The notes beneath the pieces were generated by a model, which was given only the letters and a program-made list of their open reading frames with translations, searched no databases and was not told the DNA's origin. Shown here in pieces: positions 32,115 through 42,777 of a stretch of DNA of 64,000 bases; positions within the stretch are counted from its first letter, which is position 1; each line of letters starts with the position of its first letter. The stretch comes from Actinomycetota bacterium (GTDB taxonomy: Bacteria > Actinomycetota > AC-67), in NCBI GenBank assembly GCA_036397035.1, contig DASWJS010000014.1, positions 36,014-100,013 on the forward strand. Direction: 5' to 3'. The position numbers were made by a program, and so were the translations under genes.

Positions 32115-32125
<11 letters not shown>
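29795..32125 (-). CDS. nuoG: NADH-quinone oxidoreductase subunit G (75 kDa)
   Basis: 776 aa. N-terminal 2Fe-2S and 4Fe-4S Cys motifs ([42 protein letters not shown]) followed by a molybdopterin-like domain. Confidence 0.9.
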
Positions 32126-33391
<1,266 letters not shown>

Positions 33392-33395
<4 letters not shown>

Positions 33396-33993
33396 CGCTC
33401 GTCCCCTTCCACGGCGCCGGCCATCTCGCGGTTGATCGCGCCGAAGTCCAGCGGCGCCGACCCGCGCGCGGCCGGGGGCGGATCCCCGCCCGCCGCCAGG
33501 ACCTCGACGAGCGCGACCGCGTCGTCCACGCTCATCCGCTCGTAGTTGTCGTAGTTGACGCTGAAAACCGGCGCGGCGTCGCACGCACAGAGGCACTCGA
33601 CCTCCTCGACGCTCACGACGTCGCCGTCCAGCCCGCGAACGCGCTCGAACAAGTCGCCGCCGCCGGCCAGGGCGCACGACGGCTGCGTACACACGCTGAC
33701 GAGCCACCGCCCCTGCTTGGTCCGCTTGAACATCGTGTAGAAGGTCGCGACCGCCTGCACCTCCGCGCGCGTCAGTCCGAGCAGCGCGGCGATCGCGTCC
33801 ATCGCCTGCACCGAGACGAACCCGTGCTCGCCCTGGGCCAGGTAGAGCAACGGCAGCAGCGCGCTGCGCGCCCGGCCCTCGGGGTATCGCCCGACGATCG
33901 CGCGCGCGCGCTGGTGGAACGCCTCGGACAGCGGCGCGACCTCATCGGCGGCGTGCGGGCCGCGGCGCTCGGTGTCGAACACGCCGGCGCTCA
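33392..33993 (-). CDS. nuoE: NADH-quinone oxidoreductase subunit E (24 kDa)
   Basis: ~200 aa from GTG overlapping the nuoD stop. Thioredoxin-like 2Fe-2S motifs (CTQPSCALAGG ... ECLCACDAAP). The N-terminal part of the 494-aa track ORF is artefact. Confidence 0.8.
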
Positions 33994-35271
33994 CCGGTCG
34001 ACGCCTCCCATCACCGGGTCGAGGCTCGCGACGGTGGCGATGACGTCGGCGAGCAGCCCGCCGCGCACCATCACCGGCATCGCCTGGAGGTTCACGAAGC
34101 TCGGGTCGCGCGTGTGCACGCGCCACGGCTTGTTCGTCCCCGTCGACACGACGTGGTAGCCCAGCTCGCCCCGCGGGGACTCGACGGGCACGTACACCTC
34201 GCCGGCGGGCACCTTGAACCCCTCGGTGACGAGCTTGAAGTGGTGGATGAGCGCCTCCATCGACTCGCCCATGATCGTGCGGATGTAGCCGGGGTCGTTG
34301 CCGAGGCCGTCGTGCCCGAGCGTGAGCCGCGCCGGCCAGGCGATCTTCGGGTCGTCCACCATGACCGGGCCGCCCGGCAGCCCGTTCGCGACCTGCTCGA
34401 CGATCTTCAGCGACTCGCGCATCTCGGCGATGCGCACGCGGTAGCGCGCGAGGCAGTCGGCCGCGTCGTCGGTCGGCACGTCGAAGTCGTACTGCTCGTA
34501 GCCGCAATACGGCGCCTGCTTGCGCAAGTCGTGCGGCACGCCCGCCGCGCGCAGCAGCGGTCCCGTCACGCCCAAGCCGAGCGCCGTCGACGCGTCCAGG
34601 ATCCCGATGCCCCGGTTGCGCTCGATCCAGGTCGGGTTGTCGGTGAGCAGCGTCTCGTACTCGTCGAGGCGCGCGGGGAACAGCTCGACGAACTCCTTGA
34701 TCTTCTCGATGCTGCCGTCGGGCAGGTCCGTCGACAGGCCGCCGGGCCGGACGTAGGCGTGGTTCATCCGCAAGCCGGTGACGTGCTCGAAGATGTCCAG
34801 GATCAGCTCGCGCTCGCGGAAGCCGTAGAGCATCACGCTGAGCGCGCCCAGCTCCATCCCGCTCGTCGCCAGCCACACCAGGTGCGAGGAGATCCGGTTC
34901 AGCTCGCCGAGCATCACCCGGATCGCCTGCGCGCGCGCCGGCGCCTCGATCCCGAGCAGCCGCTCGACCGCGAGGCAGTAGCCCAGCTCGTTGTGGAACG
35001 GCGCGAGGTAGTCCATGCGCGTGACGAAGGTGACCCCCTGCGTCCAGTTTCGGACCTCGGCGTTCTTCTCAATCCCGGTGTGCAGGTAGCCGACGACCGA
35101 ATGCGCGTTCACGACCGTCTCGCCGTCCAGCTCGAGGACGAGCCGCAGCACCCCGTGTGTGGAGGGGTGCTGCGGCCCCATGTTCACGATCAGCGTGTCG
35201 TCGTCGGTGCGCGCGTGGAGCGTCTCCCAGTCGCGCCCGCCGAGGAAGACCTCGTTCTCGGCGACGCTCAC
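33991..35271 (-). CDS. nuoD: NADH-quinone oxidoreductase subunit D
   Basis: ~426 aa from GTG at 35271 (GTGA overlap with the nuoC stop). [29 protein letters not shown]. Confidence 0.9.
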   Translation of the reverse strand: MSVAENEVFLGGRDWETLHARTDDDTLIVNMGPQHPSTHGVLRLVLELDGETVVNAHSVVGYLHTGIEKNAEVRNWTQGVTFVTRMDYLAPFHNELGYCLAVERLLGIEAPARAQAIRVMLGELNRISSHLVWLATSGMELGALSVMLYGFRERELILDIFEHVTGLRMNHAYVRPGGLSTDLPDGSIEKIKEFVELFPARLDEYETLLTDNPTWIERNRGIGILDASTALGLGVTGPLLRAAGVPHDLRKQAPYCGYEQYDFDVPTDDAADCLARYRVRIAEMRESLKIVEQVANGLPGGPVMVDDPKIAWPARLTLGHDGLGNDPGYIRTIMGESMEALIHHFKLVTEGFKVPAGEVYVPVESPRGELGYHVVSTGTNKPWRVHTRDPSFVNLQAMPVMVRGGLLADVIATVASLDPVMGGVDR

Positions 35272-35822
35272 GAGAGCCTCCCCGGGTAGCCCGAGGTCGT
35301 GGAGGGCTGGCCGCGCCGGTCCGGCGGCGGCACGAACGCGCCGCGATAGGCGACGTCGGTCCCGCCGAGCGGGTAGTCCTTGCGCTGCGGATGGCCGTCC
35401 CACTCGTCGGGCATGAAGATGCGCCGAAGGTCCGGGTGGCCGTCGAAGCGGATCCCGAAGAAGTCGAACATCTCGCGTTCGAGCGCGTCGGCGCCCGCCC
35501 ACACGCCGGTCAGCGACGGGCAATGCTCGTCGCCCTGCGGGATGAAGACGCGGACGCGGACGCGCGCCGGGTGGCGCACCGACGCCAGGACCGCGGCGCA
35601 CAGGAAGCGGCGCTCCGGCGGCTCCACGCCCAGGTAGTCCACCGCGCTCCAGTCGGCGAGCAGCTCGAAGGGCCCCTCGTCCCGCAGATAGGCAACGACG
35701 TCGCGCAGGCCGGTGCGCGCGACCTCGATCGAGGTCTCGCCGAACGCCTCCTCGGGCTCGGAGACGACTTCGGGAAAACGTTCACGAACTCCGGCGAGGA
35801 CGTCCAGCAGCGCGGCCGGCAT
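35268..35822 (-). CDS. nuoC: NADH-quinone oxidoreductase subunit C
   Basis: 184 aa with [21 protein letters not shown]. Confidence 0.85.
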   Translation of the reverse strand: MPAALLDVLAGVRERFPEVVSEPEEAFGETSIEVARTGLRDVVAYLRDEGPFELLADWSAVDYLGVEPPERRFLCAAVLASVRHPARVRVRVFIPQGDEHCPSLTGVWAGADALEREMFDFFGIRFDGHPDLRRIFMPDEWDGHPQRKDYPLGGTDVAYRGAFVPPPDRRGQPSTTSGYPGRLS

Positions 35823-35825
35823 GGG

Positions 35826-36305
<480 letters not shown>

Positions 36306-36743
36306 CTACGCCCCGATCCTTTCGGCCGCGCGCGCCTGGGCCATCAAACGGTCGCTGACCGCGCGGCGAGCCGACGGCGCTTCCTCTTCCCAGTCGAACG
36401 CCCCGCCGCGCCAGAGGTAGACGTAGGCCACGAGCAGCAGCGCGACGAACACGCCCATCTCCACCAGGCCGAACAGGCGCAGCTCGCGCAGGATCACGGC
36501 GAACGGATAGAAGAAGATCACCTCGACGTCGAAGATGATGAACAGCATCGCGACCAGGTAGAACTTGATCGGGAAGCGCTCCCGCGGGAGCCGCTCGGGC
36601 ACGATCCCGCACTCGTAGGGCTCCAGCTTGGTGGGGTTGGGGTTGTGCGGTCCGACCTTGGAGGCGACCCAGATCGAGGCCGCCCCGAACAACGTGGACA
36701 GCCCCAGCAACAACGCGATCGGCAAGTAGTCCGACAGAGCCAA
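36306..36743 (-). CDS. nuoA: NADH-quinone oxidoreductase subunit A
   Basis: 145 aa (YECGIVPERLPRERFPIKFYLVAMLFIIFDVEVIFFYPFAV) with a ~25-aa C-terminal extension. Confidence 0.85.
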   Translation of the reverse strand: MALSDYLPIALLLGLSTLFGAASIWVASKVGPHNPNPTKLEPYECGIVPERLPRERFPIKFYLVAMLFIIFDVEVIFFYPFAVILRELRLFGLVEMGVFVALLLVAYVYLWRGGAFDWEEEAPSARRAVSDRLMAQARAAERIGA

Positions 36744-36839
36744 CGCACCCTCCAGCGGGACGGCGGAACCTCACGATAGGGAGCGCGAACAAGCCTTTGC
36801 AAACCGCGCGCGCGACGGAGCCTTGTGCGCTCGTGACGG

Positions 36840-37496
36840 CTACAGGACAAACGTTCCCAGCCGCAGCGCGGCGCCCGCCACCGCGCCCCCGAGGGAGGAA
36901 TCGTCCAGCGCCCTGATGGCGTCTGGATCGGGCGGCAGCGCGGGTTCCGCGCGCTCCCAGAGCGCGACGCAGCGCCCGGGCCCCCACGCGGAGGACTGGT
37001 AGGCAAGTCCCGCGAGCTTCGGGTGCGCACGGTAGATCGCGCGAGCCCAATCTCGGGCCCTCGCCCGAGGGCCGGTGGAGATGGCCCGATTCCCCCCGGC
37101 CCGCGTGATCCAGCCGCCGTCCAGGTCGAGCACCGTGACGGCGGCGGCGAGGGTGAACACGGTCATCACCGGCCGGTCCCTCCGCGTCTCGATCGGGCCG
37201 ATCCCTCCGCCGTCGTCCTGGAAGCACTCGGCCAGCGCCGTGACGAACGCCTCAGAGCCGAGTGTGACGTATGCGATCCGTCGTCGCGGGTGGTCACGGC
37301 GCGGGTAGGTGTGGTGATCGAAGCGGCTCTTGGTGGGCCCGACCGAGCGGAACGCGTTCCACGCGGACGGGTGGGGACCCGCGAGCGGATGGACGCGGAC
37401 CAGGCGCGTCCCTCGCCGGAGCGTGATCACCTCGTCGGCGGCTGGAACCGTCGCCCTGATCCTCGCCAGTGGAGGCTTCGGAAGCCCCTGGCTCAC
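36840..37496 (-). CDS. RES-domain toxin (RES-Xre TA system)
   Basis: 218 aa with conserved RES-family Arg/Glu/Ser-containing blocks (GTRLVRVHPL..., RFDHH, YVTLGSEAFVTALAE, AYQSSAWGPGRCVALWE). ATG overlaps the stop of the upstream Xre/DUF2384 gene. Confidence 0.65.
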   Translation of the reverse strand: MSQGLPKPPLARIRATVPAADEVITLRRGTRLVRVHPLAGPHPSAWNAFRSVGPTKSRFDHHTYPRRDHPRRRIAYVTLGSEAFVTALAECFQDDGGGIGPIETRRDRPVMTVFTLAAAVTVLDLDGGWITRAGGNRAISTGPRARARDWARAIYRAHPKLAGLAYQSSAWGPGRCVALWERAEPALPPDPDAIRALDDSSLGGAVAGAALRLGTFVL

Positions 37497-38143
37497 AGGT
37501 CTTCGGCAAGCTCCGCGGCGCGATCCGGCCGACCGCCGGTTGCCAACCAGTCGGCGGGACTCACCGGCTCCTCCTCCACGGCCAGGTCAACGTTCGGCGT
37601 CGTAAACCAGTGATCGACAACGAGCGGGTGCACGTCCTTGGCCATGCGGGCGAACACGACCTTCAGCCCGGGGAGGGGCTTGCCCCCGCGGAACTGCCAC
37701 CGAGGAAAACAACGGCCCTTCGGGCCCTCGAACGCGTAGAGACTTCTTTCGGAGAGCCGCTGGCTGATGCGACTCGGGTCGACCCCCCCGAGCTTCCGGG
37801 CGACCGCGGCGTCGCCCACGATGCTGGAAGCAACGAGATCGGCGAACCGAACGCTCGCACGCGCCTTCGCACGCGGGAGCGCGGATTCGTCATCGAGCGG
37901 CGCGCCGACGGTCGCCCACACGGCTCGCTCATGAGCGGGAAGCGTCCCGGCCGACTCCGCGGCTTCCAGCTCCTCGGCCGCCGCTTCCAGCGCGATCGCG
38001 ACTCGTTCGGCCGCAACGGTATCGCGCTGGGCGATGCCCGCAATACGCTCGAACGCCGCCGCTGCCCGCTTCCGGGTACCCGCGCGAGACACGTCTGCAA
38101 GGAGCGAGGCGGTTGCATCATGTACGCTAATCTCCTGAGTCAT
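37493..38143 (-). CDS. Xre/MbcA-like antitoxin (DUF2384) of RES-Xre pair
   Basis: 216-aa acidic protein immediately upstream of and overlapping the RES gene. The C-terminal region resembles the DUF2384 RES-neutralising domain. Confidence 0.55.
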   Translation of the reverse strand: MTQEISVHDATASLLADVSRAGTRKRAAAAFERIAGIAQRDTVAAERVAIALEAAAEELEAAESAGTLPAHERAVWATVGAPLDDESALPRAKARASVRFADLVASSIVGDAAVARKLGGVDPSRISQRLSERSLYAFEGPKGRCFPRWQFRGGKPLPGLKVVFARMAKDVHPLVVDHWFTTPNVDLAVEEEPVSPADWLATGGRPDRAAELAEDL

Positions 38144-38186
38144 GATGAGAACAGCGTAGCACGGCCGTCCGTCGAGGCCAAGAGAC

Positions 38187-40313
38187 CTACTTCGTCGTCC
38201 AGGGGACCCAGGTCTGGTCGGCGAAGGAGTCGATGTCGCTCTGAAGCAGGCCCACGCCGGACAGGGTGTAGAGGGAGTCGCCGATCACGACTGCGCGCTC
38301 GATCTGGGGCGAGCCGTCGTAGAAGTACTCCGGTCCCTCCGGTCCGCCGAAGGGGTCGGGCCGTTCGAGCGGGTGCTCGATCGATCCGGCCCGCGCGATG
38401 GCGTCGGTCTGCACCCGAAGCCCGACCGCGCCCTGGTAGGACCCGGCGCCGTTCCACGCGCTCAACGGGAAGACCGCGAGACGCTTGGCCTCCCACCACA
38501 GGAAGGCGAGCGGGTTGTTCTGGACCTCGGTGTAGGAGTTGGCCGCAAGCTCCAGCGTCGCGATCCGCCGGGGATCGGAGGGGTCGGTCACGTCGAACAG
38601 GGACGCCTGGACGCCGAGCGACTGACCCTCCTTCGTCGCGTTCTGGCCGACGCCGAGCAGCAGGCCGTCGCCGACCGGGTGCAGGTAGGAGGAGAAGCCT
38701 GGGATCTTCAGCTCGCCGGCGACGCGCGGGTCGGCCGGGTCGGACAGGTCCACGACGTAGAGCGGATCGACCTGCCGGAAGGTGACGACGTAGCCGAGGT
38801 CGCCGATGAACCGGACCGCCTGGACCTGCTCGCCCTTGCCGAGCCCGCCGACGCGCCCGATGCGCTCCAGCAGCGGGCCCTGCTGGCCGAGGACCTCGAC
38901 CCTGGTGACGGAGTCGCCGGTCCACTGGCCGAGCGTCGTCACGACACGCAGGTTGCCTTCGTGCTCGGACATCGACCACTGGTTCAGGAGCACGCCGTTG
39001 ACCTCGCCGCTCGCGACGTAGCGCGCCCGCTCCGGATCGGTGATGTCGAAGCGGTGGATCTGGGTCGTGATCTCGGGCGCCTCGTCCTGCGCGCCATCCC
39101 GCAGCACGACCTGGTCCTGCCAGTTGGTGGAGGTCACGTACAGGCTCGTCGGCGAGGCGTAGACGATCTCGCCGGTGCCGACGACGGTTTCGGTGTTGCG
39201 GGGCTTCGGGTCGGCGGGATCGACGGTCATGACGGTCACCATCTCGACGCCGGAGAACTCCGCCGGATGGCGAACCGTCCCGCACGGCGCAAGCGAGCGG
39301 CCCTCGTCGGCCGGCTCGCCGGCGGCGTCGGTCACGGCGTACCGAGGCAGCCACTGCTCGAGCGTCGAGGTCTTGATGGCCTCGCGGTTCTTCTGCTCGG
39401 CCTCCTTGACGGCGCGCTCGGTACCGTCCGTCGGGAACACCGGCTCGATCGCCGGCCCGGCCGTGCGGATGACCACCCGCACGATGTCGCCCACCATGCG
39501 CGCGGACACGTACGAGCCCTCGACCCACAGGGTCTTCACGATGCTCATCGAGCCCGGATCGCTCACGTCGATCACGTGGAGCGCGGTTCGGTCCCGCCAC
39601 TGCTCGATCGGAGCGTCCGAGACGGGGTCGTCCGCGGATCCCCCGCTCCCGGTGGAGCCCGTGCCGCCCCCCGCTTCCTCGTCGGGGACGGCGACCGACT
39701 CGGCGATGCCCACCCGAGGGCCTCCGCCGTAGGCGATCCCGTACGAGTTCGGGGCGATCACGATCAGGCGGTCGCCGCTCAGCAGCATCTGCGTCGCGTA
39801 GGTCTCCTCGAGCTTGAGCGAACCGGCGATCGCGGGCTTCTCGCCGCTCACGTCGACGGCGAACACGGTGTCGCCGCGGACCGCGAAGATCGCCTGCCCG
39901 TCGGTCTTGATCAAGTCGGGTTCGTCGACCCCCGCCTCCTGGACGTTGGTGATCGAGAAGTCGACGCCGCCCGTGCCGCCCTCGCCGGGGGCGGGAGCGG
40001 CTTGCGGCGCGCCGAGCGCGTCCTCCGCGGCGGCCGCGACGGCGCGCACCATGACGCCCCCGTAGAGCAATCCGTAGGCCCCGACCCGCGACGAGGCTTC
40101 GTCGCGCAGGTAGGTGAGAAGCTCGCCGCAATCGTCGAACGAGCGAAGCGCCACGGCCTGGGCCTCGGGTTGGTTCTGCGGGTCGAATCGGTCGTCGACG
40201 GGTGTGGGAACCGGAGGGGTGATCGTCCCGGTCGGCGAGGTGGCCACGGTGTAGGAGACCGCTACGGTCGCCACCGCGACCAAAAGGATCCCGATTCGCC
40301 CGCCTCTGTTCAT
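38187..40313 (-). CDS. secreted beta-propeller domain protein (PF09826-like)
   Basis: 708 aa with an N-terminal signal/TM (MNRGGRIGILLVAVATVAVS) and repeated ~45-aa units with DxSDP / LYV.D.SDP motifs, typical of beta-propeller repeat proteins. Confidence 0.55.
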   Translation of the reverse strand: MNRGGRIGILLVAVATVAVSYTVATSPTGTITPPVPTPVDDRFDPQNQPEAQAVALRSFDDCGELLTYLRDEASSRVGAYGLLYGGVMVRAVAAAAEDALGAPQAAPAPGEGGTGGVDFSITNVQEAGVDEPDLIKTDGQAIFAVRGDTVFAVDVSGEKPAIAGSLKLEETYATQMLLSGDRLIVIAPNSYGIAYGGGPRVGIAESVAVPDEEAGGGTGSTGSGGSADDPVSDAPIEQWRDRTALHVIDVSDPGSMSIVKTLWVEGSYVSARMVGDIVRVVIRTAGPAIEPVFPTDGTERAVKEAEQKNREAIKTSTLEQWLPRYAVTDAAGEPADEGRSLAPCGTVRHPAEFSGVEMVTVMTVDPADPKPRNTETVVGTGEIVYASPTSLYVTSTNWQDQVVLRDGAQDEAPEITTQIHRFDITDPERARYVASGEVNGVLLNQWSMSEHEGNLRVVTTLGQWTGDSVTRVEVLGQQGPLLERIGRVGGLGKGEQVQAVRFIGDLGYVVTFRQVDPLYVVDLSDPADPRVAGELKIPGFSSYLHPVGDGLLLGVGQNATKEGQSLGVQASLFDVTDPSDPRRIATLELAANSYTEVQNNPLAFLWWEAKRLAVFPLSAWNGAGSYQGAVGLRVQTDAIARAGSIEHPLERPDPFGGPEGPEYFYDGSPQIERAVVIGDSLYTLSGVGLLQSDIDSFADQTWVPWTTK

Positions 40314-40380
40314 GGTCGTCCTCCCGATGATCGCGTCGCTTGGGCTTGGACGCGCGCTGTCGCGATCGAGTTCCCCGTCC

Positions 40381-41631
40381 CTATTGTCCGGCGATCACGT
40401 TCAGAGCCGGCGCAGCCTTGACCAGCGCGTTGATCAAGCGATCGGAGGCGTCTCCGCCCCGCGGCTCGGTCAGGTTGGCCAGCACCTTGAACGCGAAGCG
40501 CATCAGCCATTCGCGCTTCATGCCGTGCTGCGTGAGGAAGCCCATCACGCGCGCGCTGCCGATCAGGCGCACGAAGGTCCGGCCGAGGACGTAGTAGCCC
40601 TCGTACTCCTCGCGCAGGCGCTCCGGATACGCGCGCAAGGCGCGAGGGTCGCCGGTGGCGACCGCGAGATCCCCGATCTCGGCCGCGAACTCCCCCGTCT
40701 CCATCGCATACGCGATCCCCTCGCCGTTGAACGGGTTGACGGCGCCGGCCGCGTCGCCCACCAGCATCAGGCCCGGCCGGGCGAGCGGCATCCGGTTGAA
40801 CGCCATCGGGAGCGACCCGCCCTTGATCTTGCCCACCTGGTTCTCCGGCGTGAATCCCCACTCGGGCGGCAGCGCCGCCGCCCAGTCGCGAAGCAGCTTC
40901 TTGTAATCGACGCTCTGAAAATGGGCGCTGGTGTTCAGCAAGCCGAGCCCGACGTTCACCGTGCCGTCCGGCACGGGGAAGATCCAGCCGTAGCCGGGCA
41001 GCAGGTCCTCGCCGCGCCACAGCTCGAGGTAGGACTCCAAGAAGTCGTCGCTCGATCGCGGGCTGGCGAAGTACGTGCGCACGGCGACGCCCATCGGGCG
41101 GCGCTCGATCCGCTCGATGCCGAGCGGCACGCCGAAGCGGTTGGCGACGCCGTCGCACGCGATCGTCACCGCAGACTCGACGTCCGCGCGGTCCCCGTTC
41201 TGCCCGACGGTCACGCCGGTCACGACGCCGGCGGCGTCGACGAGCGGGCCGGTCACCTCGGTCTCCTCCCACACCGTCGCGCCCGCCTTGCGCGCGGCGT
41301 CGAGCAACAGCGCGTCGAAGTCGAGCCGCGTCTGGACGAGCGCGTAGCCGGGCCAGGCGTTCAGCTCCGGCCACGGCAGCTCCAGCGTGTGGCCGCCGCC
41401 GACGATGCGTAGTCCCTTCGCCCGCGCCCAGCCGGGTCCCTCGGTGTCGATCCCCATGCGGAGCAGCGCCGCCACCGCCCGCGGCGTCAGCCCGTCCCCG
41501 CACACCTTCTCGCGCGGGAAGCGCGCCTTGTCCACGACGAGCACGCTGCGACCGGCGCGCGCGAGGTGGTACGCGGTCGTCGCCCCCGCGGGACCTCCGC
41601 CGACGACGATCGCATCGAACCGCTGGGGCAC
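40381..41631 (-). CDS. geranylgeranyl reductase family FAD-dependent oxidoreductase (MenJ/ChlP-like)
   Basis: Rossmann FAD motif DAIVVGGGPAGATTAYHLARAG and C-terminal GDAAG motif. Probable GTG at 41631, preceded by AGGAGG with 6-nt spacing. Using the track's ATG at 41769 would overlap the divergent sulfotransferase start. Confidence 0.7.
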   Translation of the reverse strand: MPQRFDAIVVGGGPAGATTAYHLARAGRSVLVVDKARFPREKVCGDGLTPRAVAALLRMGIDTEGPGWARAKGLRIVGGGHTLELPWPELNAWPGYALVQTRLDFDALLLDAARKAGATVWEETEVTGPLVDAAGVVTGVTVGQNGDRADVESAVTIACDGVANRFGVPLGIERIERRPMGVAVRTYFASPRSSDDFLESYLELWRGEDLLPGYGWIFPVPDGTVNVGLGLLNTSAHFQSVDYKKLLRDWAAALPPEWGFTPENQVGKIKGGSLPMAFNRMPLARPGLMLVGDAAGAVNPFNGEGIAYAMETGEFAAEIGDLAVATGDPRALRAYPERLREEYEGYYVLGRTFVRLIGSARVMGFLTQHGMKREWLMRFAFKVLANLTEPRGGDASDRLINALVKAAPALNVIAGQ

Positions 41632-41760
41632 CGACGACCTCCGTTCACGCGTGCGTTCCTGGATGAGCGTAAGCGCGGCCCCGAGCAGGAGCAACGCGAC
41701 GGCTGGACACCGTGGACGCGCCGATGCTCGCCACCTGTCGCGCCGATAGGCTCGGGAGCC

Positions 41761-42777
41761 ATGGGCCAACGAGATGAGCCGCCGCGCGCGTTCCCGTTCT
41801 TCATCGGGTGCCAGCGTTCGGGAACGACGTTACTGCGCGTGATCTTTGACCATCACCCGCTGCTCGCCGTCACTCGCGAGTCGTACTTCATCCCGTGGCT
41901 TGCGGCGCGCGCGGGGCGCTACGAGCGCGCGGGCGGCTTCGACGAGCGCGTGTTCGTCGGCGACCTCGCCCGCAACCGGCACGTCGATCGCTGGGGCCTT
42001 CCGATCGACCGCGTCGAGCGCTCGTTCGCAGACCGCCCTGCCGCGTCGCTGGCGGACGCGATCCGGCGGCTGTACGAACTGAAGGCGGCGCGCCGCGGCA
42101 AGGAGCGCTACGGCGACAAGACGCCCGAGTACGCGCTGCACGTGCCGCTGCTCGCTCGGATGTTCCCCGAGTCGCGCTTCGTGCACGTGATTCGCGACGG
42201 GCGCGACGTCGCGCTGTCCCTCACCAGCGTGCCGTGGGGACCGGCGCGGGTGGGGCAAGCGGCGCTGTTCTGGCGGGCGCGCGTCGAAGCGGCGCGCGCG
42301 GCCGGGGCGGCACTCGGCAAGGAACGCTACTTCGAGTACCACCACGAGCAGCTTGCGCGCGAGCCGGATCCGATCGTGGCCGACATCTGCGCGTTCATCG
42401 ACCTGCCGTTCGATGCCGCGATGCTCCGCTACCACGAGACCGCAACGCCGCGGGCGAAGGAACAGGGGCGGCATCTCGCGGAGCCGCCCACGCCCGGACT
42501 CCGCGACTGGCGCGCGCAGATGCCCGTCGCCGGCCAGCGTCTGTTCGAGATCCTCGCCGGCGACCTGCTGGCCGAGCTCGGGTACGACACGGCGACCGAC
42601 ACGGCGACGCTCGGCGCCGCCGGGGAGCGCGCGGCCCGGCGGACGGCCACGCGCGAGCGGATGCGTCACGCGGCGCGTACGTCCGCAGCCGCGCGCGCCG
42701 CGTGGAACGTGGCTGCGCGCACACCCCTCGGCGCGCGCGGCAGCGTGCGCCCCTCGACCGGGACGCCGCGTTCATGA
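41761..42777 (+). CDS. sulfotransferase family protein (Stf0/Sulfotransfer_3-like), paralog 1
   Basis: 338 aa from MGQRDEPPRAFPFFIGCQRSGTTLL (5'-PSB P-loop-like motif), with HVIRDGRDVALSL (3'-PB region). Confidence 0.75.
   Translation: MGQRDEPPRAFPFFIGCQRSGTTLLRVIFDHHPLLAVTRESYFIPWLAARAGRYERAGGFDERVFVGDLARNRHVDRWGLPIDRVERSFADRPAASLADAIRRLYELKAARRGKERYGDKTPEYALHVPLLARMFPESRFVHVIRDGRDVALSLTSVPWGPARVGQAALFWRARVEAARAAGAALGKERYFEYHHEQLAREPDPIVADICAFIDLPFDAAMLRYHETATPRAKEQGRHLAEPPTPGLRDWRAQMPVAGQRLFEILAGDLLAELGYDTATDTATLGAAGERAARRTATRERMRHAARTSAAARAAWNVAARTPLGARGSVRPSTGTPRS

Noticed and set aside
41895-42773. First ~290 codons of the 924-aa plus-strand ORF
   Set aside because: Out-of-frame overlap with sulfotransferase paralog 1. 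The real gene (paralog 2) starts at the ATG at 42774 that overlaps the paralog-1 stop.
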